NCBI GenBank assembly: GCA_965222615.1
Contig: CBDCUI010000008.1
Span: forward strand, 800,001 to 864,000
DNA length: 64,000 bases
Reading direction: 5' to 3'
Source: Gammaproteobacteria bacterium
GTDB lineage: Bacteria; Pseudomonadota; Gammaproteobacteria; UBA4575
A program made the position numbers and the translations under genes. Of the stretch, positions 44,131-54,038 are shown piece after piece (within the stretch, counting starts at the first letter, position 1; every line of letters begins with the position of its first letter). Under the pieces are notes generated by a model. It saw nothing but the letters and a program-made list of their open reading frames with translations, was not told where the DNA came from and did not search any database.

Positions 44131-47100
44131 ATGGCGATTTTTGATGCTTTTAAACAGTGGACAGAAAAAGTTTTAGATAAAGTCCAATCGAACGATGAAA
44201 AAATTTTAGAAGAGTTATATCAGGACCAGATAAATTCTGATTTTCCAAGAGAAGAGCTGTTTAAGCAGAATATTTTTATGGGTGACACAACCCGTGCCGA
44301 GCGCGTTGGTGAAGAGGTGGCTTCTGAAGAAACTTCTGCTAGTGTAGATGAAGGTATTAAACCAAGAGAAATTCAGTCTAATACGTTTAATAATTCTGAA
44401 GCAGGCCATGACAATGTTCCTGAATTTTCAGAATTAAATCGTACTACAAACTCAAATAATAATTTTGAGTCAAGCAATAACATACAATCTTTTTCTAACA
44501 ACGGCTTCGTGTCACCTAGTGACTTAAATAGTGATACTCAACTAAATCCAGTTTCTGCACTTCTTAATGAATACGATTCGCCATTTACCACTGATGGTAT
44601 AAGTCAGGGTATTGAACCTAATCCTGGTGGTAATGCTCCATCCAACTCTAATATAAGTCCTGTCGTTGATGCCAATGTATCAGACAATATCGTTAGCGAA
44701 AGCGCCCCAGTGGGTGCAGTTATAGGTGTTACTGCTTTCGCTTTTGATAGTGACGGCAGTGACAGTGTGAGTTACAGCTTAGCGAGTGGCAGCTTGGATA
44801 ACGATGCGTTTGCGATCGATGCGGTCACGGGTGAAGTGACGGTTGCGGATGCGAGTGCGCTGGACTTTGAGAATGATGCGTTGATGCAAATCGAAGTGAC
44901 GGCGACGAGTACGGATGGTTCGAGCGGTACGCAAGTGTTCAACATCGCGATCACGGATGACACGAGTGAATTTAGCATTGGTGCGGTGAGTGATGTGGAT
45001 GCGAGTGCGAACAGTGTGAGTGAAAGTGCGAATGTGGGTGACGTGGTGGGGGTAACCGCGTTTGCCGAAGACTTGGATGGCAGTGACAGTGTGAGTTACA
45101 GCTTAGCGAGTGGCAGCTTGGATAACGATGCGTTTGCGATCGATGCGGTCACGGGTGAAGTGACGGTTGCGGATGCGAGTGCGCTGGACTTTGAGAATGA
45201 TGCGTTGATGCAAATCGAAGTGACGGCGACGAGTACGGATGGTTCGAGCGGTACGCAAGTGTTCAACATCGCGATCACGGATGACACGAGTGAATTTAGC
45301 ATTGGTGCGGTGAGTGATGTGGATGCGAGTGCGAACAGTGTGAGTGAAAGTGCGAATGTGGGTGACGTGGTGGGGGTAACCGCGTTTGCCGAAGACTTGG
45401 ATGGCAGTGACAGTGTGAGTTACAGCTTAGCGAGTGGCAGCTTGGATAACGATGCGTTTGCGATCGATGCGGTCACGGGTGAAGTGACGGTTGCGGATGC
45501 GAGTGCGCTGGACTTTGAGAATGATGCGTTGATGCAAATCGAAGTGACGGCGACGAGTACGGATGGTTCGAGCGGTACGCAAGTGTTCAACATCGCGATC
45601 ACGGATGACACGAGTGAATTTAGCATTGGTGCGGTGAGTGATGTGGATGCGAGTGCGAACAGTGTGAGTGAAAGTGCGAATGTGGGTGACGTGGTGGGGG
45701 TAACCGCGTTTGCCGAAGACTTGGATGGCAGTGACAGTGTGAGTTACAGCTTAGCGAGTGGCAGCTTGGATAACGATGCGTTTGCGATCGATGCGGTCAC
45801 GGGTGAAGTGACGGTTGCGGATGCGAGTGCGCTGGACTTTGAGAATGATGCGTTGATGCAAATCGAAGTGACGGCGACGAGTACGGATGGTTCGAGCGGT
45901 ACGCAAGTGTTCAACATCGCGATCACGGATGACACGAGTGAATTTAGCATTGGTGCGGTGAGTGATGTGGATGCGAGTGCGAACAGTGTGAGTGAAAGTG
46001 CGAATGTGGGTGACGTGGTGGGGGTAACCGCGTTTGCCGAAGACTTGGATGGCAGTGACAGTGTGAGTTACAGCTTAGCGAGTGGCAGCTTGGATAACGA
46101 TGCGTTTGCGATCGATGCGGTCACGGGTGAAGTGACGGTTGCGGATGCGAGTGCGCTGGACTTTGAGAATGATGCGTTGATGCAAATCGAAGTGACGGCG
46201 ACGAGTACGGATGGTTCGAGCAGTACGCAAGTGTTCAACATCGCGATCACGGATGACACGAGTGAATTTAGCATTGGTGCGGTGAGTGATGTGGATGCGA
46301 GTGCGAACAGTGTGAGTGAAAGTGCGAATGTGGGTGACGTGGTGGGGGTAACCGCGTTTGCCGAAGACTTGGATGGCAGTGACAGTGTGAGTTACAGCTT
46401 AGCGAGTGGCAGCTTGGATAACGATGCGTTTGCGATCGATGCGGTCACGGGTGAAGTGACGGTTGCGGATGCGAGTGCGCTGGACTTTGAGAATGATGCG
46501 TTGATGCAAATCGAAGTGACGGCGACGAGTACGGATGGTTCGAGCGGTACGCAAGTGTTCAACATCGCGATCACGGATGACACGAGTGAATTTAGCATTG
46601 GTGCGGTGAGTGATGTGGATGCGAGTGCGAACAGTGTGAGTGAAAGTGCGAATGTGGGTGACGTGGTGGGGGTAACCGCGTTTGCCGAAGACTTGGATGG
46701 CAGTGACAGTGTGAGTTACAGCTTAGCGAGTGGCAGCTTGGATAACGATGCGTTTGCGATCGATGCGGTCACGGGTGAAGTGACGGTTGCGGATGCGAGT
46801 GCGCTGGACTTTGAGAATGATGCGTTGATGCAAATCGAAGTGACGGCGACGAGTACGGATGGTTCGAGCGGTACGCAAGTGTTCAACATCGCGATCACGG
46901 ATGACACGAGTGAATTTAGCATTGGTGCGGTGAGTGATGTGGATGCGAGTGCGAACAGTGTGAGTGAAAGTGCGAATGTGGGTGACGTGGTGGGGGTAAC
47001 CGCGTTTGCCGAAGACTTGGATGGCAGTGACAGTGTGAGTTACAGCTTAGCGAGTGGCAGCTTGGATAACGATGCGTTTGCGATCGATGCGGTCACGGGT

Positions 47101-49938
47101 GAAGTGACGGTTGCGGATGCGAGTGCGCTGGACTTTGAGAATGATGCGTTGATGCAAATCGAAGTGACGGCGACGAGTACGGATGGTTCGAGCGGTACGC
47201 AAGTGTTCAACATCGCGATCACGGATGACACGAGTGAATTTAGCATTGGTGCGGTGAGTGATGTGGATGCGAGTGCGAACAGTGTGAGTGAAAGTGCGAA
47301 TGTGGGTGACGTGGTGGGGGTAACCGCGTTTGCCGAAGACTTGGATGGCAGTGACAGTGTGAGTTACAGCTTAGCGAGTGGCAGCTTGGATAACGATGCG
47401 TTTGCGATCGATGCGGTCACGGGTGAAGTGACGGTTGCGGATGCGAGTGCGCTGGACTTTGAGAATGATGCGTTGATGCAAATCGAAGTGACGGCGACGA
47501 GTACGGATGGTTCGAGCGGTACGCAAGTGTTCAACATCGCGATCACGGATGACACGAGTGAATTTAGCATTGGTGCGGTGAGTGATGTGGATGCGAGTGC
47601 GAACAGTGTGAGTGAAAGTGCGAATGTGGGTGACGTGGTGGGGGTAACCGCGTTTGCCGAAGACTTGGATGGCAGTGACAGTGTGAGTTACAGCTTAGCG
47701 AGTGGCAGCTTGGATAACGATGCGTTTGCGATCGATGCGGTCACGGGTGAAGTGACGGTTGCGGATGCGAGTGCGCTGGACTTTGAGAATGATGCGTTGA
47801 TGCAAATCGAAGTGACGGCGACGAGTACGGATGGTTCGAGCGGTACGCAAGTGTTCAACATCGCGATCACGGATGACACGAGTGAATTTAGCATTGGTGC
47901 GGTGAGTGATGTGGATGCGAGTGCGAACAGTGTGAGTGAAAGTGCGAATGTGGGTGACGTGGTGGGGGTAACCGCGTTTGCCGAAGACTTGGATGGCAGT
48001 GACAGTGTGAGTTACAGCTTAGCGAGTGGCAGCTTGGATAACGATGCGTTTGCGATCGATGCGGTCACGGGTGAAGTGACGGTTGCGGATGCGAGTGCGC
48101 TGGACTTTGAGAATGATGCGTTGATGCAAATCGAAGTGACGGCGACGAGTACGGATGGTTCGAGCAGTACGCAAGTGTTCAACATCGCGATCGAAGATGT
48201 TAATGAAGGTGCAACAGTATTGACTGCCAATGTCACCGGAAATGAAGACACAGCAATACCGCTTAATATTCAAGTAACTGATGTCGAACCGGGTGCAAAT
48301 GTATCGGTGACGATAACAGGTGTCCCAAATGGTGCAGTGCTATCTGCGGGTACAGATAATGGAACTGGTAGTTGGACACTTAGTCAGTCAGATTTAACGG
48401 GCTTGACATTAACTCCTGCAGGAAATAGCGACGCTGATTTTGTGTTATCTGTGCAAACGGATGTTACAGAGAATAGTGTAACACAGTCTTATACAAATAC
48501 ATTTAATGTAACAGTAGATGCTGTAGCGGATGCGCCGATATTAGTGGGACCTAACACGATTACTCAATATCAAAATCCTACCTATAACTTTGAAAATGGT
48601 TTAGGAAATTGGGACATACTTGGAGATATAGTGAACCCAGGTGGGTACCAAGGACAATCTCCTACAGAAGGTTCAAAGATGGCACGAATGCGAGCTCAAG
48701 GTGCTACAGATTCTCAATTAGAAAGTGAATTAGGCATATCAAGCGGTAGTTTAGATGCAATTTCAACTGGGGATGCGCAAGATGGGTCTTCAATGCAGAC
48801 CGCAATTGCTGTTAAAGAAGGTGATGTAATTACTTTTGATTGGAATTTTTATAATGCAGAAAATGCTGGTGATATCGCCAGTGGATATAATGATTTTGCA
48901 ATTGCAAGCATCAATGGAACTCCTCAGGTTCTTTCACAGTCGTCGGATTTTGGGAATCCGGGAGCAACTGGATGGCAAATGTTTACGTTTACAGCAATAC
49001 AAGATGGTGTATTGGATCTTGGCTTTGCGGTAGTTAATACAAACGATAGTAATAAAGATTCAAGTTTGTTAGTAGACAATTTGCAAATCAATGGAAATAT
49101 AATTGATACTCGTCCGGTAGATTTAAACTTGACCATTGCATTAAGCGATGCAGATGGTTCTGAGTCGCTAGCAATTGAAGTATCTGGTGTGCCGACTGAT
49201 GCAAGTCTAAGTGCAGGTACTGATTTAGGCGGTGGAATTTGGTCTATAGATCCTGCTGATGTTGATGGCTTACAGTTAATTCCTTCTGCAACTACATCAG
49301 GAACTGTTTCGCTTACGATATCTGCGACATCAACCGAGGCTAATGGTGGTGATTCTAGTACCGTGTCACAAACTATCGATGTGGAATTTGAAACTCTCGA
49401 CGGGCCCATCTTTGGAACACTAGGGACAGATAATATTACCGGTACAGCGAATGATGATGTGATCGTTGCACGCGCTGGAAATGACACAGTCTCTGGTGGG
49501 GCTGGTGATGATTTAATTATGGGCGGCGATGGTAACGACACACTTAACGGTGATGCTGGCGATGACCAACTCTATGGTGGTGCTGGTAATGATTCCTTAA
49601 ACGGTGGTGCAGGGAATGATGTCATGATTGGCGGTGCCGGAAATGATGTCGCTGTAGGTGGTGCAGGTGATGATGTATATATTTTTGAAGCGCTGGGCGA
49701 TAGTGACTCATTTAGTGGCGGGAATGGTGGTGGTTGGACTGATGCGATTAGTCTTGATGTAGATATCTCATCATTACCTGATCCATCGGATCCATGGACG
49801 ATTACTGTAAGCGGCAGTGAGGTTAGCTATGACGTTGCACTTGGATATTTAGACCTTGGTGCGGATGCTTCTGGTTCGATTACCTTTGATGATGGTAGTG
49901 AAATCAATTTCGATGGAATCGAACAAATTAATTGGTAA
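44131..49938 (+). CDS. Large RTX adhesin with about 11 cadherin-like repeats (T1SS substrate)
   Basis: 108-aa repeats (FAIDAVTGEVTV...LDFE), Ig-like domains, GGAGND nonapeptides; ATG 44131 preferred to GTG 44065. Confidence 0.9.
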   Translation: MAIFDAFKQWTEKVLDKVQSNDEKILEELYQDQINSDFPREELFKQNIFMGDTTRAERVGEEVASEETSASVDEGIKPREIQSNTFNNSEAGHDNVPEFSELNRTTNSNNNFESSNNIQSFSNNGFVSPSDLNSDTQLNPVSALLNEYDSPFTTDGISQGIEPNPGGNAPSNSNISPVVDANVSDNIVSESAPVGAVIGVTAFAFDSDGSDSVSYSLASGSLDNDAFAIDAVTGEVTVADASALDFENDALMQIEVTATSTDGSSGTQVFNIAITDDTSEFSIGAVSDVDASANSVSESANVGDVVGVTAFAEDLDGSDSVSYSLASGSLDNDAFAIDAVTGEVTVADASALDFENDALMQIEVTATSTDGSSGTQVFNIAITDDTSEFSIGAVSDVDASANSVSESANVGDVVGVTAFAEDLDGSDSVSYSLASGSLDNDAFAIDAVTGEVTVADASALDFENDALMQIEVTATSTDGSSGTQVFNIAITDDTSEFSIGAVSDVDASANSVSESANVGDVVGVTAFAEDLDGSDSVSYSLASGSLDNDAFAIDAVTGEVTVADASALDFENDALMQIEVTATSTDGSSGTQVFNIAITDDTSEFSIGAVSDVDASANSVSESANVGDVVGVTAFAEDLDGSDSVSYSLASGSLDNDAFAIDAVTGEVTVADASALDFENDALMQIEVTATSTDGSSSTQVFNIAITDDTSEFSIGAVSDVDASANSVSESANVGDVVGVTAFAEDLDGSDSVSYSLASGSLDNDAFAIDAVTGEVTVADASALDFENDALMQIEVTATSTDGSSGTQVFNIAITDDTSEFSIGAVSDVDASANSVSESANVGDVVGVTAFAEDLDGSDSVSYSLASGSLDNDAFAIDAVTGEVTVADASALDFENDALMQIEVTATSTDGSSGTQVFNIAITDDTSEFSIGAVSDVDASANSVSESANVGDVVGVTAFAEDLDGSDSVSYSLASGSLDNDAFAIDAVTGEVTVADASALDFENDALMQIEVTATSTDGSSGTQVFNIAITDDTSEFSIGAVSDVDASANSVSESANVGDVVGVTAFAEDLDGSDSVSYSLASGSLDNDAFAIDAVTGEVTVADASALDFENDALMQIEVTATSTDGSSGTQVFNIAITDDTSEFSIGAVSDVDASANSVSESANVGDVVGVTAFAEDLDGSDSVSYSLASGSLDNDAFAIDAVTGEVTVADASALDFENDALMQIEVTATSTDGSSGTQVFNIAITDDTSEFSIGAVSDVDASANSVSESANVGDVVGVTAFAEDLDGSDSVSYSLASGSLDNDAFAIDAVTGEVTVADASALDFENDALMQIEVTATSTDGSSSTQVFNIAIEDVNEGATVLTANVTGNEDTAIPLNIQVTDVEPGANVSVTITGVPNGAVLSAGTDNGTGSWTLSQSDLTGLTLTPAGNSDADFVLSVQTDVTENSVTQSYTNTFNVTVDAVADAPILVGPNTITQYQNPTYNFENGLGNWDILGDIVNPGGYQGQSPTEGSKMARMRAQGATDSQLESELGISSGSLDAISTGDAQDGSSMQTAIAVKEGDVITFDWNFYNAENAGDIASGYNDFAIASINGTPQVLSQSSDFGNPGATGWQMFTFTAIQDGVLDLGFAVVNTNDSNKDSSLLVDNLQINGNIIDTRPVDLNLTIALSDADGSESLAIEVSGVPTDASLSAGTDLGGGIWSIDPADVDGLQLIPSATTSGTVSLTISATSTEANGGDSSTVSQTIDVEFETLDGPIFGTLGTDNITGTANDDVIVARAGNDTVSGGAGDDLIMGGDGNDTLNGDAGDDQLYGGAGNDSLNGGAGNDVMIGGAGNDVAVGGAGDDVYIFEALGDSDSFSGGNGGGWTDAISLDVDISSLPDPSDPWTITVSGSEVSYDVALGYLDLGADASGSITFDDGSEINFDGIEQINW
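44761..48192 (+). repeat. 324-bp tandem repeat, about 10.6 near-identical copies
   Basis: Period 324 (44761, 45085 ... 48001); only AGCGGT/AGCAGT variation noticed. Confidence 0.95.
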
Positions 49939-49968
49939 AAATATTTTCTGATTGTTTTCCCACGTTCA

Positions 49969-50009
49969 ATGTGATTGGTATCTCAAAAAGTTTGAGATAC
50001 CAATCACAT
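49969..50009. terminator. 19-bp perfect hairpin after adhesin 1
   Basis: ATGTGATTGGTATCTCAAA-AAG-TTTGAGATACCAATCACAT; no strong U-tract. Confidence 0.55.
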
Positions 50010-50046
50010 GTATGATCATTAATACTAATTTTATCCTTTTGCTGCA

Positions 50047-50073
50047 TAAAGGTTTTCCCCCATATGCCGTTAC
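50047..50073 (+). promoter_or_regulatory. Sigma28-like promoter
   Basis: TAAA-N15-GCCGTTAC. Confidence 0.65.
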
Positions 50074-50117
50074 CGTTTATGGGTAACTGTAAATGGACTT
50101 TTTAAAGGATTATCCCA

Positions 50118-53100
50118 ATGGCTATTAATGATAAGGACGTCAATATTAAAAATGTTGTGATGAATGAGGATTCATCGGCTTTTGATGCAAGGAAAAAGGA
50201 AATACCTGAAGCCGAAGATCAATCTTCAAATTTTCCAAAGGAAGAATTATTTAAACAAAATATCCAAATGGGTGATACAGATCGCCTCATTGATGAAGAC
50301 CTTTCTTTGCAAAGTGAGTCTAGAACTAATCAGGTTGATCAAACTGCGAAAGACTCTGGCCCTAATCTAGTTGAGCAAGGACAAGCAGAAAATAATTATG
50401 CGAATATTGCCGATAGTGATGTAGTAAATTTAAGTAATTCAGTTTCAAGTGGTGGCGATAGCAACTATAGCAATCCTTCATCTGTTATCAAACCGGCGTC
50501 TTTACAAAATAGTCAAGCATCTCAAGTAGAAAAAACTAATGAAGATCAAGCACAATCATCGAACCAAGCGGTATTTGAAAGTCCTTCGCATGGTTCGCCA
50601 GACCTTGGTTCTGGCATTAATGCTGGGCAATCAGAGTCTGTAGATAATCAAGCAAGTGCACCTGAGTTAATAGTAAGTAATGCAACGGGTGATGAAGATA
50701 GTGCAATCGCACTGGATATCAATGCAGCGCTTACCGATACAGACGGCTCAGAAAGCTTAGTCGTTGAAGTGCAAGATATTCCAAATGGAGCAGTACTGTC
50801 TGATGGGGTAAATAGTTTTACAGCGACCTCGTCGGAAACCACTGCTGACATAACTGGATGGAACTTTGATTCACTTACAATAACACCTGCCGAAAATAGC
50901 GATGCAGATTTTGATCTCGCCGTACAAGCTACTTCTACAGAACATTCCAATAACGATGTTTCTACAAGTAATGCCACATTGAGTGTCAATGTTAATTCGA
51001 TTAACGATGCTCCAGATTCGGTTAGTCTTGATGGTAATGCTGTGGTTGAAAATGGTTCAGGAATTGTTATTGGCACCTTATCAACAAGTGATGTTGATGC
51101 AGGGGATGTGCATAGCTATAGCGTTTCAGATTCACGATTTGAAGTGATTGATGGAAAGCTTCAACTCAAAGCAGGAATATCACTAGATTACGAAAAAGAG
51201 CAAGCTATTGAACTCGATATTACTTCTACTGATTCACATGGTGCTTCATTTACACAAACATTTTCTATTGATGTAAAAGATGCTGTTGAACAAATCGTGG
51301 GTACTAACAATGCCGATTATTTAAAAGGTGGAATAGGTAGTGACGATATTATTGCTTTGGATGGTAACGATGTTGTTGTTGCTGGGGATGGTAATGATAG
51401 GGTTGATGGTGGTGCCGGAAACGATCGCCTATATGGTCAAGCCGGTGACGATAACCTCATCGGTGGAGATGGAAATGATAGTTTATATGGCCAAGCTGGC
51501 GATGATCAGTTATCCGGTGGTGCTGGTAATGATGTGTTAAATGGCGGTGCGGGTGAAAACGTATTAGACGGTGGTGACGGTGCAGATCGTTTGTATGGAC
51601 ATCAAGGTGGCACCGATGAGATTAAAGGAGGTGCGGGCGATGATTACATTTATATGGATGGTAATGACCGCGTCGATGGTGGTGATGGTTTTGATCGGGT
51701 GTATACATATGGTGAAGAAGATGTATCGATAGATATGGGTGAAGCGAATGTGGAGCAAGTGATTGCTTATAGCGATGCGGATCACAATATTGATGCGAGT
51801 AGTGCGGATCAGGGTGTGTATGCACGTGGACGTGGGGGCGATGATGAGATCAAAGGTTCGGATCATGCCGATCGTTTGTTTGGTGGGGAGGGTGAGAACG
51901 TATTAGACGGTGGTGACGGTGCAGATCGTTTGTATGGACATCAAGGTGGCACCGATGAGATTAAAGGAGGTGCGGGCGATGATTACATTTATATGGATGG
52001 TAATGACCGCGTCGATGGTGGTGATGGTTTTGATCGGGTGTATACATATGGTGAAGAAGATGTATCGATAGATATGGGTGAAGCGAATGTGGAGCAAGTG
52101 ATTGCTTATAGCGATGCGGATCACAATATTGATGCGAGTAGTGCGGATCAGGGTGTGTATGCACGTGGACGTGGGGGCGATGATGAGATCAAAGGTTCGG
52201 ATCATGCCGATCGTTTGTTTGGTGGGGAGGGTGAGAACGTATTAGACGGTGGTGACGGTGCAGATCGTTTGTATGGACATCAAGGTGGCACCGATGAGAT
52301 TAAAGGAGGTGCGGGCGATGATTACATTTATATGGATGGTAATGACCGCGTCGATGGTGGTGATGGTTTTGATCGGGTGTATACATATGGTGAAGAAGAT
52401 GTATCGATAGATATGGGTGAAGCGAATGTGGAGCAAGTGATTGCTTATAGCGATGCGGATCACAATATTGATGCGAGTAGTGCGGATCAGGGTGTGTATG
52501 CACGTGGACGTGGGGGCGATGATGAGATCAAAGGTTCGGATCATGCCGATCGTTTGTTTGGTGGGGAGGGTGAGAACGTATTAGACGGTGGTGACGGTGC
52601 AGATCGTTTGTATGGACATCAAGGTGGCACCGATGAGATTAAAGGAGGTGCGGGCGATGATTACATTTATATGGATGGTAATGACCGCGTCGATGGTGGT
52701 GATGGTTTTGATCGGGTGTATACATATGGTGAAGAAGATGTATCGATAGATATGGGTGAAGCGAATGTGGAGCAAGTGATTGCTTATAGCGATGCGGATC
52801 ACAATATTGATGCGAGTAGTGCGGATCAGGGTGTGTATGCACGTGGACGTGGGGGCGATGATGAGATCAAAGGTTCGGATCATGCCGATCGTTTGTTTGG
52901 TGGGGAGGGTGAGAACGTATTAGACGGTGGTGACGGTGCAGATCGTTTGTATGGACATCAAGGTGGCACCGATGAGATTAAAGGAGGTGCGGGCGATGAT
53001 TACATTTATATGGATGGTAATGACCGCGTCGATGGTGGTGATGGTTTTGATCGGGTGTATACATATGGTGAAGAAGATGTATCGATAGATATGGGTGAAG

Positions 53101-53627
53101 CGAATGTGGAGCAAGTGATTGCTTATAGCGATGCGGATCACAATATTGATGCGAGTAGTGCGGATCAGGGTGTGTATGCACGTGGACGTGGGGGCGATGA
53201 TGAGATCAAAGGTTCGGATCATGCCGATCGTTTGTTTGGTGGGGAGGGTGACGACCAGTTAGTCGGAGGTGGTGGTAATGATCGTCTCTATGGTCAAGAT
53301 GACGATGACATTTTTGTTGTAGGGGATGGTAGTGATGTTGTGTATGGTGGTGACGGTAGTGATTTATTTATTTTGGACGCGTTGGATGGTAACGACACAT
53401 TCCACGGCGGCAATGGCAATGGTTGGTCAGATATTATCGATATTAATGTTTCACCATCCGATACCGGTGATAGTGATAACCCTTGGTCCATTGAAGTAAA
53501 TGGTGAGCAGGTGCAATTTGACTTGGCTGACGGGGGAATCGATGTTGGTCCGGATGCAACCGGCGTGATTTCTTTTGCGGATGGTAGCGAAGTTGCTTTT
53601 GATGGGGTGGAGCAGATTCAGTGGTAG
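50118..53627 (+). CDS. RTX calcium-binding repeat protein with a cadherin/Ig domain (T1SS substrate)
   Basis: GGxGxD repeats; five 113-aa repeats; C-terminus homologous to adhesin 1. Confidence 0.9.
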   Translation: MAINDKDVNIKNVVMNEDSSAFDARKKEIPEAEDQSSNFPKEELFKQNIQMGDTDRLIDEDLSLQSESRTNQVDQTAKDSGPNLVEQGQAENNYANIADSDVVNLSNSVSSGGDSNYSNPSSVIKPASLQNSQASQVEKTNEDQAQSSNQAVFESPSHGSPDLGSGINAGQSESVDNQASAPELIVSNATGDEDSAIALDINAALTDTDGSESLVVEVQDIPNGAVLSDGVNSFTATSSETTADITGWNFDSLTITPAENSDADFDLAVQATSTEHSNNDVSTSNATLSVNVNSINDAPDSVSLDGNAVVENGSGIVIGTLSTSDVDAGDVHSYSVSDSRFEVIDGKLQLKAGISLDYEKEQAIELDITSTDSHGASFTQTFSIDVKDAVEQIVGTNNADYLKGGIGSDDIIALDGNDVVVAGDGNDRVDGGAGNDRLYGQAGDDNLIGGDGNDSLYGQAGDDQLSGGAGNDVLNGGAGENVLDGGDGADRLYGHQGGTDEIKGGAGDDYIYMDGNDRVDGGDGFDRVYTYGEEDVSIDMGEANVEQVIAYSDADHNIDASSADQGVYARGRGGDDEIKGSDHADRLFGGEGENVLDGGDGADRLYGHQGGTDEIKGGAGDDYIYMDGNDRVDGGDGFDRVYTYGEEDVSIDMGEANVEQVIAYSDADHNIDASSADQGVYARGRGGDDEIKGSDHADRLFGGEGENVLDGGDGADRLYGHQGGTDEIKGGAGDDYIYMDGNDRVDGGDGFDRVYTYGEEDVSIDMGEANVEQVIAYSDADHNIDASSADQGVYARGRGGDDEIKGSDHADRLFGGEGENVLDGGDGADRLYGHQGGTDEIKGGAGDDYIYMDGNDRVDGGDGFDRVYTYGEEDVSIDMGEANVEQVIAYSDADHNIDASSADQGVYARGRGGDDEIKGSDHADRLFGGEGENVLDGGDGADRLYGHQGGTDEIKGGAGDDYIYMDGNDRVDGGDGFDRVYTYGEEDVSIDMGEANVEQVIAYSDADHNIDASSADQGVYARGRGGDDEIKGSDHADRLFGGEGDDQLVGGGGNDRLYGQDDDDIFVVGDGSDVVYGGDGSDLFILDALDGNDTFHGGNGNGWSDIIDINVSPSDTGDSDNPWSIEVNGEQVQFDLADGGIDVGPDATGVISFADGSEVAFDGVEQIQW
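51558..53251 (+). repeat. 339-bp tandem repeat, 5 apparently identical copies
   Basis: GTATTAGACG recurs at 51561, 51900, 52239, 52578 and 52917. Confidence 0.95.
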
Positions 53628-53639
53628 TCACAAATAATC

Positions 53640-53845
53640 TAAGGAAACTCTGATTTATTAATGAAATGGCTGAGATGAGGCAAAAAGATTTTGAGACAAA
53701 TCTGCCGGGAGCAGATTTGGAAAGCTTTGCTAGCCGTAGGCCGAGCACCAGGAAGGTGCGAGTCAATACGGAGTGTATATAGAAATACATGAGTATTTTG
53801 AGAAATCTTTTTAACAAAATATCAGAATAAATCAGAGCTTCCTTA
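53640..53845. mobile_element. MITE family A copy 4 carrying a nested family B element
   Basis: TAAGGAAACTCTGATTTATT...AATAAATCAGAGCTTCCTTA with insert CAAATCTGCCGGGAGCAGATTTG...GAGTCAA at about 53697-53767. Confidence 0.85.
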
Positions 53846-53921
53846 AGTATTTACTAGTCAATGCGTTTTGTCATCAATATTGATGATCTTATCCCATGCT
53901 ACTAAGCAAGGTTCTGATTTC

Positions 53922-53948
53922 TAAAGGGTTTAGCTCTTAAGCCGATAC
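53922..53948 (+). promoter_or_regulatory. Sigma28-like promoter
   Basis: TAAA-N15-GCCGATAC. Confidence 0.7.
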
Positions 53949-54038
53949 AAGCAATACAGGCTTTGGTATTCCCGCCAGTAGTTTACTGGTGGGGGTGATA
54001 TTTATTGGTTAATCAAGAACGAGGAAGGACTTTATTAA

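Noticed and set aside
44772-53222. Repeated antisense ORFs of 67-100 aa
   Set aside because: Shadows of the tandem coding repeats on the + strand.
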